A stretch of 63,827 nt of DNA, filler included, from Octopus bimaculoides (taxonomy: Eukaryota): NCBI RefSeq assembly GCF_001194135.2. It is 5 parts of 5 records of this genome, joined end to end, with 100 filler letters (N's around TTAATTAATTAA, not from the genome) between each part and the next. Parts side by side here need not be neighbours in the genome. Positions count along the whole stretch, not along the records: positions 16,503 to 45,576 come from NW_026435294.1; 4 more parts are not named here. One strand, written 5' to 3'. Of this stretch, positions 28,841 to 41,400 are shown piece by piece. Below the pieces are notes generated by a model. That model was not told where the DNA came from. It searched no databases and saw only the letters and a program-made list of their open reading frames with translations. Position 1 is the first letter of the stretch, and each line of letters opens with the position of its first letter. Both the position numbers and the translations under genes were made by a program.

Positions 28841-30658
28841 AAGGATAAACAGATATCATTGTAGCACCCCTGCATATATGCTGTACCAAGCACATGCAAA
28901 CACACATATACATACATATATGGTGTCATGTTTTTGATTCAAACAATTTCTATTTCTCTTTTATTCACTCTATCACTTCTACCACTACTTCATGGTGAAG
29001 ACACAGACAGACATAAATTATTAGATCAATATTTGTGTTAGCTAATAAAAACTTGCGTACATGCACGTTTTCTCTTGTTGATTTTTATGAGAGGATTCTA
29101 GTTGTTTAATCAATAGAATTACCTTCTTTCTGTGTTATAGTATAAGTGGCTGAGCATTCCACAGACACCTCTACCTTTAATGTTATCTACAGATAGACTC
29201 AGTTTAACAGTTATAAGTACATCATCTTAAGGCTTCCACACAATTTCTATTTACTCAGTTTCACTTACAAGCCAAGGCCATGATAAAAAGGACTTGCTGA
29301 AGGTGCAACGCTGGAGGGTCAAACTGTAGGACCACATAACTGTGATATGAATGCCTTAACCACATAGCCATGTGTCCGCATATGCTTAAGTATATACAAA
29401 CCCAAAAAATACATTTGGATCACTGATGTGTTTACATAGTCTTTACTTAAAAATACTGTTTCAGCTTTATTCCCCAACTAATTATTATTATTATTATTAT
29501 TGAATCAACAGGAATAATATGTCTCAACCTATGTCAAATCAAAGCCTGACTAGAATTCTTGTGAAAGAATACAATTCTGTAATTCATACGACTTGTCTTA
29601 CCTTGGGTCCTCAACTCCTTGATAGAGTCATGGGGATGCCACTATGACATACCAGCTTGTTTTGGATAATATCTGGCAGAGTCCATCCCTTTCTACACTT
29701 GGCCACAGCCAATTTTTTCCAGGAAGCGACATAGGCAGAAAGACAAAAAAAAAAAAAAGAGCAAGACGAGGAGGGGGAATTAATCTACAGCAGATTGAAT
29801 ATTTCATTGAGGATGAAAGGATGAAAAGCAAAGCTGAGCTTGGGATTTCTTTCCCCTCAGTGTACAAGTCAAGATGATTACTGCAAAACAGAAGTAATAA
29901 CTCTATTTGCTGTCTTATCTGGATCAATATGGGTGGATCAATATGGGTGGATCAATATGGGTGAACTTGGATTGTTGGAGGATGAAAGCAAATCTATAAT
30001 TTATAGACCACATCTGTTTGTGATATCTAAGAAAATAAATATCTTCAAGAATTTAAAATTTAAAGAATGAAGGGCTATGCACAAGATTGCAGAAAGCACA
30101 AGACTCTTTATATTATAAATTTAATTTTAATTTATTTTTGATCAATATATTTTCTTTTCAACATTATCACTGTTGGGCAGGTGGCTGGTCAAATACCAAT
30201 ACTTCAATCAGAAAGGGAATAACGTTTCTGCCAGCAACATTAGCACACCGGGTGAAATGCTTAGCGGGATTTTGTCTACCATTACATTCTGAGTTCAAAT
30301 TCCGCCGAGGTTGACTTTGCCTTTCATCCTTTCGGGATCAATAAATTAAGTACCAGTTACGCACTGAGGTCGATGCAATCGACTTAATCCTTTTGCCTGT
30401 TCTTGTTTGTCCCCTATATGTTTAGCCCCTCATGGGTACTAAAGAAATAAGAAAGGGAATAAATGCATACACAAGACATGCAGTTATATGTATGACTATG
30501 CCTATGTCTGCCCTTCAGTAGAACCCACCATACACACACACATGCAGTTATGTATGCTAGTGGTATAACATTTCCTGTCCAGTTTGTGCCAGCATAGAAA
30601 GCAAATGTAAATTGAGGATCTCTCTCTCTCTCCCCATCCATCCCTTCGTCCACACACA

Positions 30659-30710
<52 letters not shown>

Positions 30711-33700
30711 GTGTGTTCTTCAGTAGTAGAATGCATTATAACCGGTAAGGTATTACTATAATTAATGTGTGTGTGTATTTGTAACAGCTGGTTTATATGT
30801 TTCTTGCAGCACTACTTCTCAATGTTGCTACACAGTTCCGAAACCTTCAGGCTGATGGAGCAGCTAACTAATATGGCAATGAAACAGTAAGTATTGAACC
30901 TGACCAACTCTCTCTCTATCTGTCTGTGCCAGTATTTTGTCTCAATGATAGTTCCATCAAAACAGAGAGTTGGAATACTGTTTCAGTTGAATAGTTAGAG
31001 GATCACTAGGCTATAATTGTAATGCTTTCTTTTGATGCTTTCAGAGAAGGAAGAATGTAAAATGGATGGCATTCCCTTGACCTACCTGTATAGATTGATA
31101 TCTCTTTTTCCAGACCTTGATTCTTAACATTCTTTATTCCTATTAATTAATGCTTTTTCTTAATGGTTTCACAATTTGTTTTTGATTAATAATAATCAAC
31201 TTTATCTGTCTGACAACCAGCTTTGTGCCTTGTCTTATTTCTTGTCTCAGTAATGACATGGGAGTTTGTGAAGAACAGGAATTTATTCCATACCTCAGTG
31301 GTTCCAGATTTAACTTCTGTAAGATTCTGTGGCCACTATTTTACAAGATTCCATGTTTATCATTTAAAAACCACTACGCCATATGCCTGTGGGCATATGG
31401 CGTAATGGTTAGGGGTGCAGACTACTAACCCTGAGATTCCAAGTTCGATTCTAGGCAGTGACCTGAAAAATAATAATAATAACAGCAACAATAACAAAAT
31501 CGAAGAATACCTTAGGAATAAGAACCCAGGTTCGAAATTTCCCCAAGACACCTGATGAAGGCTGGAGGGTATATCAGCCAAAACATTCTGTTAACAACAA
31601 ATACGATGAAGACAAATATCCGTCAGTTGTAAATAATGTAAATAATTCCTCATCTCTTAAATATAAAGCTGTATCTTATTGATTTGTTGTTTTTACATTG
31701 TCTCTTTCACTGTCTAAATTCTAGGTTAATGTCTGAAGTGGGGTTTGAAGAGGACAAAATGTTGACACACAGAACAAAGTAAGTTATGGGGTTTTGTTGT
31801 GCAATTTTATTTGTTTTCACAAGGGAAACTGTTATATTTTAATGTTTGTCAGTTTAAGGTGCAAGATAACTAAGCACATTGTCTTTCCACATTGTGTTGT
31901 GGATGGACAATTTACCACATTTTTACTTGTGTTCTGGCTGGATAACTGCCCATACAGTTTGTTTTGGCTGGAAAACTAACTTCATGGTTTTACTGCAGAC
32001 ATTACATCCATTCTTTAATATGCTTGGTTGACAAAAAAGACATGTTCTACTCTTACTTTGCAGTTGAGTGATTAGCAATTGGAAGATCATTCAACTATAA
32101 ACAGTTTCTGTAGCAAGAAAATAAAAATAATGAATGAATGAATTAAAATACTCCAGTCCTATCTCTGTTTACATGGAAAGGCCAAGTGGTGTCATGCAAC
32201 TGGGTGACAAGTTGTACATAAACACTATGGGTATTGTTAAATGTGGGAATCAGAATTGGCCACATGTGTATAACTAATACAAAATTATTTTCATAGTGTT
32301 TGTTTATCTTCTACGGTATTCTTATATTAAAACATTGAGGCTTGATTTAACAAGGAACAATGCTTAACAAGAAATGGTTTTTTTATATAGATGTAAGACT
32401 TAACATTTATTGATTAATTAACACCAATGCATGCTTGACAATTATTTTATCAACTCTATGAATGTTATAGAGACTGTTGACGCTAGTGGTATTTGAACTT
32501 GGAATGTAGAGGACTGTAAATAAATACTGTAAGTCATTTAGTGTGGTGGTCTATAGTCTCTACTGTTGTATGTAATTTATCTGGTGTTTTATGAAGAAAT
32601 AACATAATAATAACACATTAATAATGATAATTTCTTTCATGGATTTAAAATGATGCATTAGTGTGGAGGTTGTAGTTAGAGACAATGAAATCAAATACCA
32701 ATAGTTAAATGGTACTTCTATTAAGCCCTTGGAAGAATGCAAGGTAACGTCAATCTCAGAATGATTTTAACTCTGAACATTAAGGGACAAAATTATTACA
32801 AGCCATTTTTCCTGGTTCACTATTGATCTCTATCCTCTACTACCATTATTGCTGTTGCAGCAGTAGCAATAGTAGTAATGGTGATTATGATGGTGGTGGT
32901 AGTAGTTGTGGTATCAGCAGTACTGATTGAGTGTATTTAGCAGCCTTATAATTGTTTATTTCTTATTTTTTCATGTTTCTGTATTTAACATTGTGTTGTT
33001 CCAGGAAAAGAGCTTCCAGGAAAATATCACTGCTGAAAAGAGATTTAGATGCCAAGGCTCGCAGTGAAGCTTTTCGGTGAGTTAATACTGATTTTTTAAA
33101 AATATTGTGTAACATTTATGACATCTAGTTGTTTGAAATAAATTGAGTGATATATAGCACATGATTTGTGGTCTGAAGATAACTTTATGTATTGATTCAC
33201 AGCTTCCTACTACTATACCTTGCCTTTGATTATGCTACTATTCGTTAGAGGCAGGGACAGGTTGGAAATGGTTCTCCAACTGTGGCTTAATAGGTATAAC
33301 AGGAGACAATCTGGTAGGACATCATAGACTGTTGTTTTGTTGTTAAGCCCAGCTGTGGCCTTTGTTTACTGACAGTGATCTATGTTGTGATCACTTATCT
33401 TTTAATTGTGGTTGGTTTTTCACTTTCCCCACACCACCTCTTGTCTTTCAAAGTACAGTAAGTATTATGACTGTCCTAGTGTGTCCTGAAGAATCATGGT
33501 TACCATTGTCTTTTGTGTCATAACTTTTGCTCTTTCATTTTTGACAGTCATAATCAAAACATGAACTCTCTTCCTTTAAAAAGAAGGACTGAATAAATTG
33601 AGATGTTGTACAATGGATACTACTTCGTCTCTACAATGCACACTTCACTTCTTATGGTCACCAAACAATGAATTTTCAGCTGAAAATCCAACGGATATGT

Positions 33701-36417
33701 GAACTCTGATATGGTGTTTCTTTTAAGGAAAGACATATCAGATGTTTTTTTAAGGTGTAAGTGGAAGGAATTTGGCTGCTATTTCTTGCAAGTTGTAAGA
33801 TTAAATAAAGGCTTGGGATAGTGTAAATAGTGTACTGTGGTATAGTGTGGTTTGGTCCAAGTTGGCTTTCATTGAGAAGACCTATAATCAATGCCATAAA
33901 AAAATTACCATTCTTTACTTTACATAGTGTACTTCAAACTACATTATACAATAGGTTTAAGGGACATTTGGCTATCATTTCTAGTGGCTCAGGCTAATAT
34001 GTAGAGACTCTCCCATAGTATAGCATGAAATCTCATTGATGCTGGGCTGTAATTACCATTATACTTTATCTCAGTTTTAAAGAATCAATCCCAGAAGGGT
34101 GATCTTGTTTAGCTGTTCATTTCCTATGATTAATGATCTTGAAAGAAGTGGATAGTACAGGTAGAAAATTTTGATGTTATGTTGCTTATTTCATAACATT
34201 ATCAGATCAAATTATTGGTTACTCTCAGTTTGCTCATTCAGGTACTCACCATATATATATATATATATATATATATGGTGAGTACCTGAATGAGCAAACT
34301 GAGAGTCTAATCAATAATTATGTTATATACAAAAACATATTCAAGACTTCATGCATCGCATGCAATTTTCAGGATACAGCCAGAAAGATAGAATCCGGGT
34401 ATACAGAGGAGCTAACAAGAAATTTGAGGAGATTGTTGTCAAAGATACAAATGGAACACAACCTAGATACCGTAACAAACAGTGGAATAGACTACAAAGG
34501 ATTAGTGACAAAACAAACAAAAAGACCACGTGGTACAATACCGACAAGCTCCAGGGAGTAATGTTTGTGGACGCCACGCCACACGGAGAACTGGCCCGTA
34601 GATTTCGAAAAATCCTCAAAAGTACCAAGTTGAGGATAAATGTTATAGAAAAACCAGGGAGATCAATTAGATCAATAATATGTAANNNNNNNNNNNNNNN
34701 NNNNNNNNNNNNNNNNNNNNNNNNNNNNNNNNNNNNNNNNNNNNNNNNNNNNNNNNNNNNNNNNNNNNNNNNNNNNNNNNNNNNNNNNNNNNNNNNNNNN
34801 NNNNNNNNNNNNNNNNNNNNNNNNNNNNNNNNNNNNNNNNNNNNNNNNNNNNNNNNNNNNNNNNNNNNNNNNNNNNNNNNNNNNNNNNNNNNNNNNNNNN
34901 NNNNNNNNNNNNNNNNNNNNNNNNNNNNNNNNNNNNNNNNNNNNNNNNNNNNNNNNNNNNNNNNNNNNNNNNNNNNNNNNNNNNNNNNNNNNNNNNNNNN
35001 NNNNNNNNNNNNNNNNNNNNNNNNNNNNNNNNNNNNNNNNNNNNNNNNNNNNNNNNNNNNNNNNNNNNNNNNNNNNNNNNNNNNNNNNNNNNNNNNNNNN
35101 NNNNNNNNNNNNNNNNNNNNNNNNNNNNNNNNNNNNNNNNNNNNNNNNNNNNNNNNNNNNNNNNNNNNNNNNNNNNNNNNNNNNNNNNNNNNNNNNNNNN
35201 NNNNNNNNNNNNNNNNNNNNNNNNNNNNNNNNNNNNNNNNNNNNNNNNNNNNNNNNNNNNNNNNNNNNNNNNNNNNNNNNNNNNNNNNNNNNNNNNNNNN
35301 NNNNNNNNNNNGCGTGCACACATACGAGCTTGCACACACTCACATGCTCATACCAAACAGTTTCGAAACAACGCCAGATCATATATTCAAAATAAATAGA
35401 AGTGGAGAGACAAGTTACTGAAGAGATTGCAAGAGTGCAATGAAATAATTTAACAACAAAAAACTATATAAATTAATAAAGGACTGAACCAGTGCGTGTG
35501 TTTATTACCGGCATAATGCCTCTCCCAAGGTTTAATTGTATTTCTTTCAACACACGTATCCACATCAAGAATCTTGCACACGAAATACACATACGAAATA
35601 AATATACTAATATCTAATAAGAACAAACTTTGGCTAATCATTCCATACGGTGTTCAAGTTAAAACTAACATTATTAAAGAAATTTTAAATATAATTGTTA
35701 TATTCCTTAGAGATAATAAAAGAATATCATAATATCTTTTCTAGCAATAATTTGGGTGTAGGTTATTCTGCTACTAATAATGTTGGTAACATTATTTCTT
35801 CTTTTAATAGATTTAAGCTAACTAAGTATTACAAATATAAATTAAATACTTATTCTAATAATAATAATGAGGACCAGGATATGATTACTTATACATGTAG
35901 AGATAAGACTAATTGTAAATTTAATAATAAATATAATTTGAAGGATGTTGTGTATACATGTATAGTGACTTTAATGGATGGGAATAAGTTTAATGGTTAT
36001 AATTTAAATAAGTTTTACATAAGATCGACTTTGAATAAAATTAAATTACGGGTGGCTCAACACATGCATTCCTTTAAGAATAGAAATTTGATTAATTCAA
36101 CTGGCCTTAGTAAATATATTTGGGAACTAGAATCTAAAAATATTAAGTACATTTTACATTGAGAGATAGTTTGTAAGGCCAAATCTTATCGTATAGGTAA
36201 TAATTTTTGTAAGTTGTGTACTAATGAATTTAAGGAGATATTATTGTATAATAATAATACTTTGATTAATTCTCTTGATGAACGTAAAATTAAATGTAGA
36301 CATAAATTACATTATTTATATAATAAGTTTAGCTAACTGTGTGTATATATATATCTGTGTGTATGTGTGTGTGTATATATATATATATGTATATGTATAT
36401 GTCTATGTGTATGTATG

Positions 36418-36452
<35 letters not shown>

Positions 36453-36942
36453 ATAGAATTCCTACTTTACTAATTGTAGTAGTTATAATTTGTAATTATC
36501 AATTGTGTATTTATTAGTACGTAAATATTTTTAGTGATTTTTATGAATTAATATTGTAATGACACTGACTTTTATAAAATTAATAATATAAATATTTTAA
36601 TTAATTTAATTATAGTATTTTAGCTTATTTGATATATATTATATAATTTATGTATCAGTCTCATTCTTTAGACTCTATAATTACTTAGATTTTAAATTTC
36701 CATAAAATGTTTACAATATAGTTAATTGTTTTATTATGATTTATGTTATATACATTTTAATTCTCATTCATGATTTTATAAATAAAACTTTCATCCATGT
36801 TTATAAATCTCTTTATTCTATTCCTTTTCTTTATGCCATATCTTCACGCGACTTCTTTCTAATAAACACTTAGTTAATAGTATAACGTTTAAAATTTTAG
36901 TTTAAGCTATAGCTTCGTTGCGATATTTATATAAGTTTACCT

Positions 36943-37002
<60 letters not shown>

Positions 37003-38416
37003 TTTCATTAATATTGTTAAATGATTTTCTCGTATTTATTGGTAAAATAAGTATTTTTATATGAATTCACTTGTTATTTAATGTTAGTTAATATCCTGTT
37101 TCACATTTTAGTTTAAACCAAAACTTCGATTAGATTAGTGTTGCATTTATTTTCAATAATATTGTTTAATGTTTCTTTTTGATTTATTGGTAAAATAAGT
37201 ATTTTTATATAATTTCATTTGTTATTTGTTAATATTCTAATTAAGGTTAAGTTAATAGTATAACATTTAACATTTTATTTAAATTAAAGATTCGTTTAGA
37301 TAAGTTTTGCATTTCTTTTCAATAATTTTGTTAAATGTTTTTCTCTTATTTATTGGTTACATTAATATTTTTATATAAATTAATTTATTATTTTTGTTAG
37401 TTTATATTATAATAAATGTAAAGTTAATAATATAACTGTTATAATTTTAGTTTAACATAAAACTTCGATAAGATAAATATTACATTTATTTCTTAATGTT
37501 AAATGTTCTTCTTTTATTTATTGGTAAAATAAGTATTTTTATATAAATTCACTTGTTATTTATTGTTAGTTGATATACTATTTAACGCTAAGTTAATAGC
37601 ATAATGTTTAACATTTTAGTTTAAAGCAAAACTGCAATAAGATTAGTGTTGCATTTTTTCAATAATATTGTTTAATATTTCTCTTTGATTTATTGGTAAA
37701 ATAAGTATTTTTATATAAGTCCATGTTTTGTTAGTTTATATTCTAGTAAAACGCTAAGTTAATAGTATAACGTTTAAATTGTATTTTAAACGAAAGGTAC
37801 GTTAAGATAAGCTTTGCATTTATTTTCAATAATATTGATAAAAGATTTTCTTTTATTTATTGGTGAAATAAATATTTCTTTTTATTTTCTAATAAACGAT
37901 ATGTTAATAGTAAAACGTTTAATTTTAGTTTAAACTAAAGCTTCGATAAGTATAATATTGTTAAATATTTTTCTTTTATTTATTAGTAAAATAAGTACTT
38001 TTACTTTTTGATATAATAAGTATCTTTATACAAATTCATTTGTTATTTATTGTTGGTTGATATATATATATATATGTATATATACATTCATCTTATTATT
38101 ATTGTTGTATTTTGACCCGAAGATTAGCTATATTTTTGAATAGAATTGATTTTCGATCGATTTATTTTAATCGAGTTTGATTTTATTTTATTTTCTATTT
38201 GAAAATTCGGTTATGAAACACGTGTAGTCGTTTTATTATTTTAATGATTATTACTTTGTATTTTATTATAGTTCTTTTTAGTGTATTTACTTACTAAATT
38301 TTTCTGTATGTGACTGGATTTTCATGGATGAGTTCATGAACGTTGGTTCTTTTCTCTAAATTATATATTTATATATATATTTATATATACATATATTTAT
38401 ATACATATATTTACGT

Positions 38417-38474
<58 letters not shown>

Positions 38475-41400
38475 TGCATGCACCACATCCTGACGTTTTG
38501 TTCTGTGGTTTTTTTTTGTGTCTGTTTTTTTCATCAGTTATATATATACACACATATAAGACAAAATAGTTGAGTGTTTGAATAACATCTTATAGCTTTA
38601 TTGGAGATAACAGAAATAGCTGTAAGCTAATGAAATTCATAAGAGAATCGTTTATTCCTTTGTTGTTTTTTCTTATTACTGCTCTGTATTTGAGTAACAT
38701 TTCATTGTGAATCATATGTGTATTGAGTTCTACTCCAGGTTATGAGTGTTCCAATGTCTAAGTGAAATATATATGTATAAAAAAAAAACTGTGGAATCGT
38801 TTAGTTATAAACATGTAGTAGCTGTTCAATACTGGATGAAGCACTATTAAATTTAAATATTTATTTGCAAGATGTAAGTTAGCAATGAGTCAGTGAGGAA
38901 CCAGGGCAATTATCTGCATGCATGTGGGAATATCTGTACACTGATAACATACTTCTCTTGGCCAAATCTGTGAAAGAGTTCAAGAAGTTATGCCGAACAT
39001 GGAAATAATGTTTAAAATCAAGAGGTTTTTAAGTAAACTTATCAAAGATCAAAGCAACTAAGATTTTCCACCTGAAACTTGTAAGTTGTATCAGTAAAAT
39101 CGGAGCTTCTATTAAACATTTATTCCTTGACATGTCATAGTGGATTCTTTTTACTTATATTCCTAATCGCATGCCTTATTTGGACTTGCAATGTTTGTAT
39201 TTCTAGGGCTGCCTTCCACCTACCAGCCCATGAGAAACTGGATGGAGACACAGATTGCATGCTGTGGACTCCTTATAACAAGCAACATGTCAGTGGCAGA
39301 CTCTATCTCTCACTTAATTATATCTGCTTTGCCAGTAGGGTAAGTATCGTTAGTGTATCAGTCTGGTACTGTTATATTGGTTGCATTCTTGTTTGTGTTG
39401 CTTAGTCTTTGCTCAGTTTACAGTGAACGCACTTATAATGAGTTGTGACCCATAGAGGACTCCAGACTAACTGGGGTTGTGTTTTCTGATGAACTACACC
39501 TAATTCCAACAACTTCCTCTACTGTGACATTGTTAAGTATACTTCTCACGTTTTTTTGATCGCTTCATTCATTCATTCATTCATCTAACCCACATTATTG
39601 CTAATATGTACTTTCGTAAACTAATTATTTGAATTGACTTTTCAATATAACTTAGAGATAGGAATCTCTCTCAGCCTTAGTTTTTCTCCTTAATTTTTCA
39701 TATAACTTCCAAATTGAAATCTCTCTAAAGCCTTAGTTTTCGTTTTTCTCCCAGTATTTTCATGTTGGCTAACCATTTTGGTAATATCTCTAAAATAATC
39801 CTTCCTTGTTTGCTGTGCACCCGGCCATTCCTGCCCCTACCACCAATCCCAGAAATCATACTTCTCTTAATGAAAATCCCCTACTATACTGGTGGTCTTC
39901 TCTATCATACCTGCAATCTTTTCACCTCCTTTCTCTCTCTCTCTTTCTCTCTCTCCCAGAACTAACCCAGCCAGATAGCAGCCCACTTACCTAATCTAAC
40001 ATTGGCATATTGATATTGATATTTACTTTTATTTATTTATATTTATATCTGCAGCACCAGTGATGCTTATATTTACAATGCTCATAATGCTTATACTTAC
40101 AATGCCACTAACACTTACTGTTACCCCCAGTAGTGGCAACAATTTTAACATGCTTGATTGTTTGAATGATGATAAATTAAAAGTGAGAACAACCAGGCAT
40201 GTCAGATGGCAATCTGGTATCTTCCATGGTGTTCATGGCGGACATAGATTTGGTTCTCAGAACAAAGAGGGAACTAGGCTACTGGAGTTCTGTGATGCAA
40301 GCAACCTATTAATCTGCAAACAAACACAGAAACCTTCTTTTTAGGTGCTAAATAACATCTATCCTTCCTATGTTTCCTCCAACGTCCCTTTCTCAGGTTT
40401 TAGAGTTGGCACTGTCAATGTTGGCACATTGAAAGGTAGGTCTAGTGAGATTGTAGAGATGCTTGAACAGAGATGTATGCTGCATACACAAGGTAAGATG
40501 GAAAGGTGCTTCAGCAAGGGTCCTCACAAGCAAGTTGCATAGGTATAAAATCTTCTGGGAAGGTAACAGTGACGGAGTAGGTGGTGTAGGCATACTCCTT
40601 GTGGAGAAATAGGTGGAAAAAAGTCATAGAGGTAGTCAGGATGTGCAATAGAGTACTTAAGCTCAAGCTAGTCTTCTAGAATAGTATAGCTCCAATTATC
40701 TGCCTTCGCCTCACAAGCATGCCTACCAAATGAACAGAAGGACCACTTTTATGATATTCTTCTACAGACTACCTCAAAGACGAGTGACAATGACCTCATC
40801 TTTGTGACTGGAGATTTTAATGGGCATGTCAGATGGCATTCTGGTATATTCCATGGTGTTCATGGTGGACATAGATTTGGTTCCCGAAACAAAGAGGGAA
40901 CTAGGCTACTGGAGTTCTGTAATGCAAGAAGCCTATTAATCTGTAACACCAACGTCAGGAAGCCAGCCACCTGATAATCTATTAATCAGGTGGCTCTGAT
41001 AGCCAGATTGATTTCATTTTCACCAGTCAGTGGGATGCATGGGTGTTCTTAAATGCAAAGACCCTCCTTGGTGAAGAATGTACCCCCAGCGTAGATTGAT
41101 TATTAGTGACTGTAGACTTGAGGCTAGAAGGATGTCAAGAAGCAGACCAATCCAGAAAAGAAGGGTTTGGAAGCTTAAGAACTCTTCACATGGTCATAGA
41201 TTTAGGGACATCCTCATTGAAAAATGTGATGAAAGGCAGGAGGAGCTACAGACTTGTGACATAGAGGGCTACTGGAAATTCCTGCGTAACAGCTTACTGA
41301 GCACCCAGACCAATCTGTGGCTGGTGCAAAGTCCCTTCCATACCTAGGGTAACATGGTGGTGGAATAATACTGTAGACAGGGCCATTAGAACAAAGAAAC

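Noticed and set aside
31392-31465. SINE heads (also 27559-27630, 44090-44165, 54540-54613) as tRNA genes
   Set aside because: A/B boxes are present, but no complete acceptor stem or cloverleaf, and each continues into repeat body sequence.
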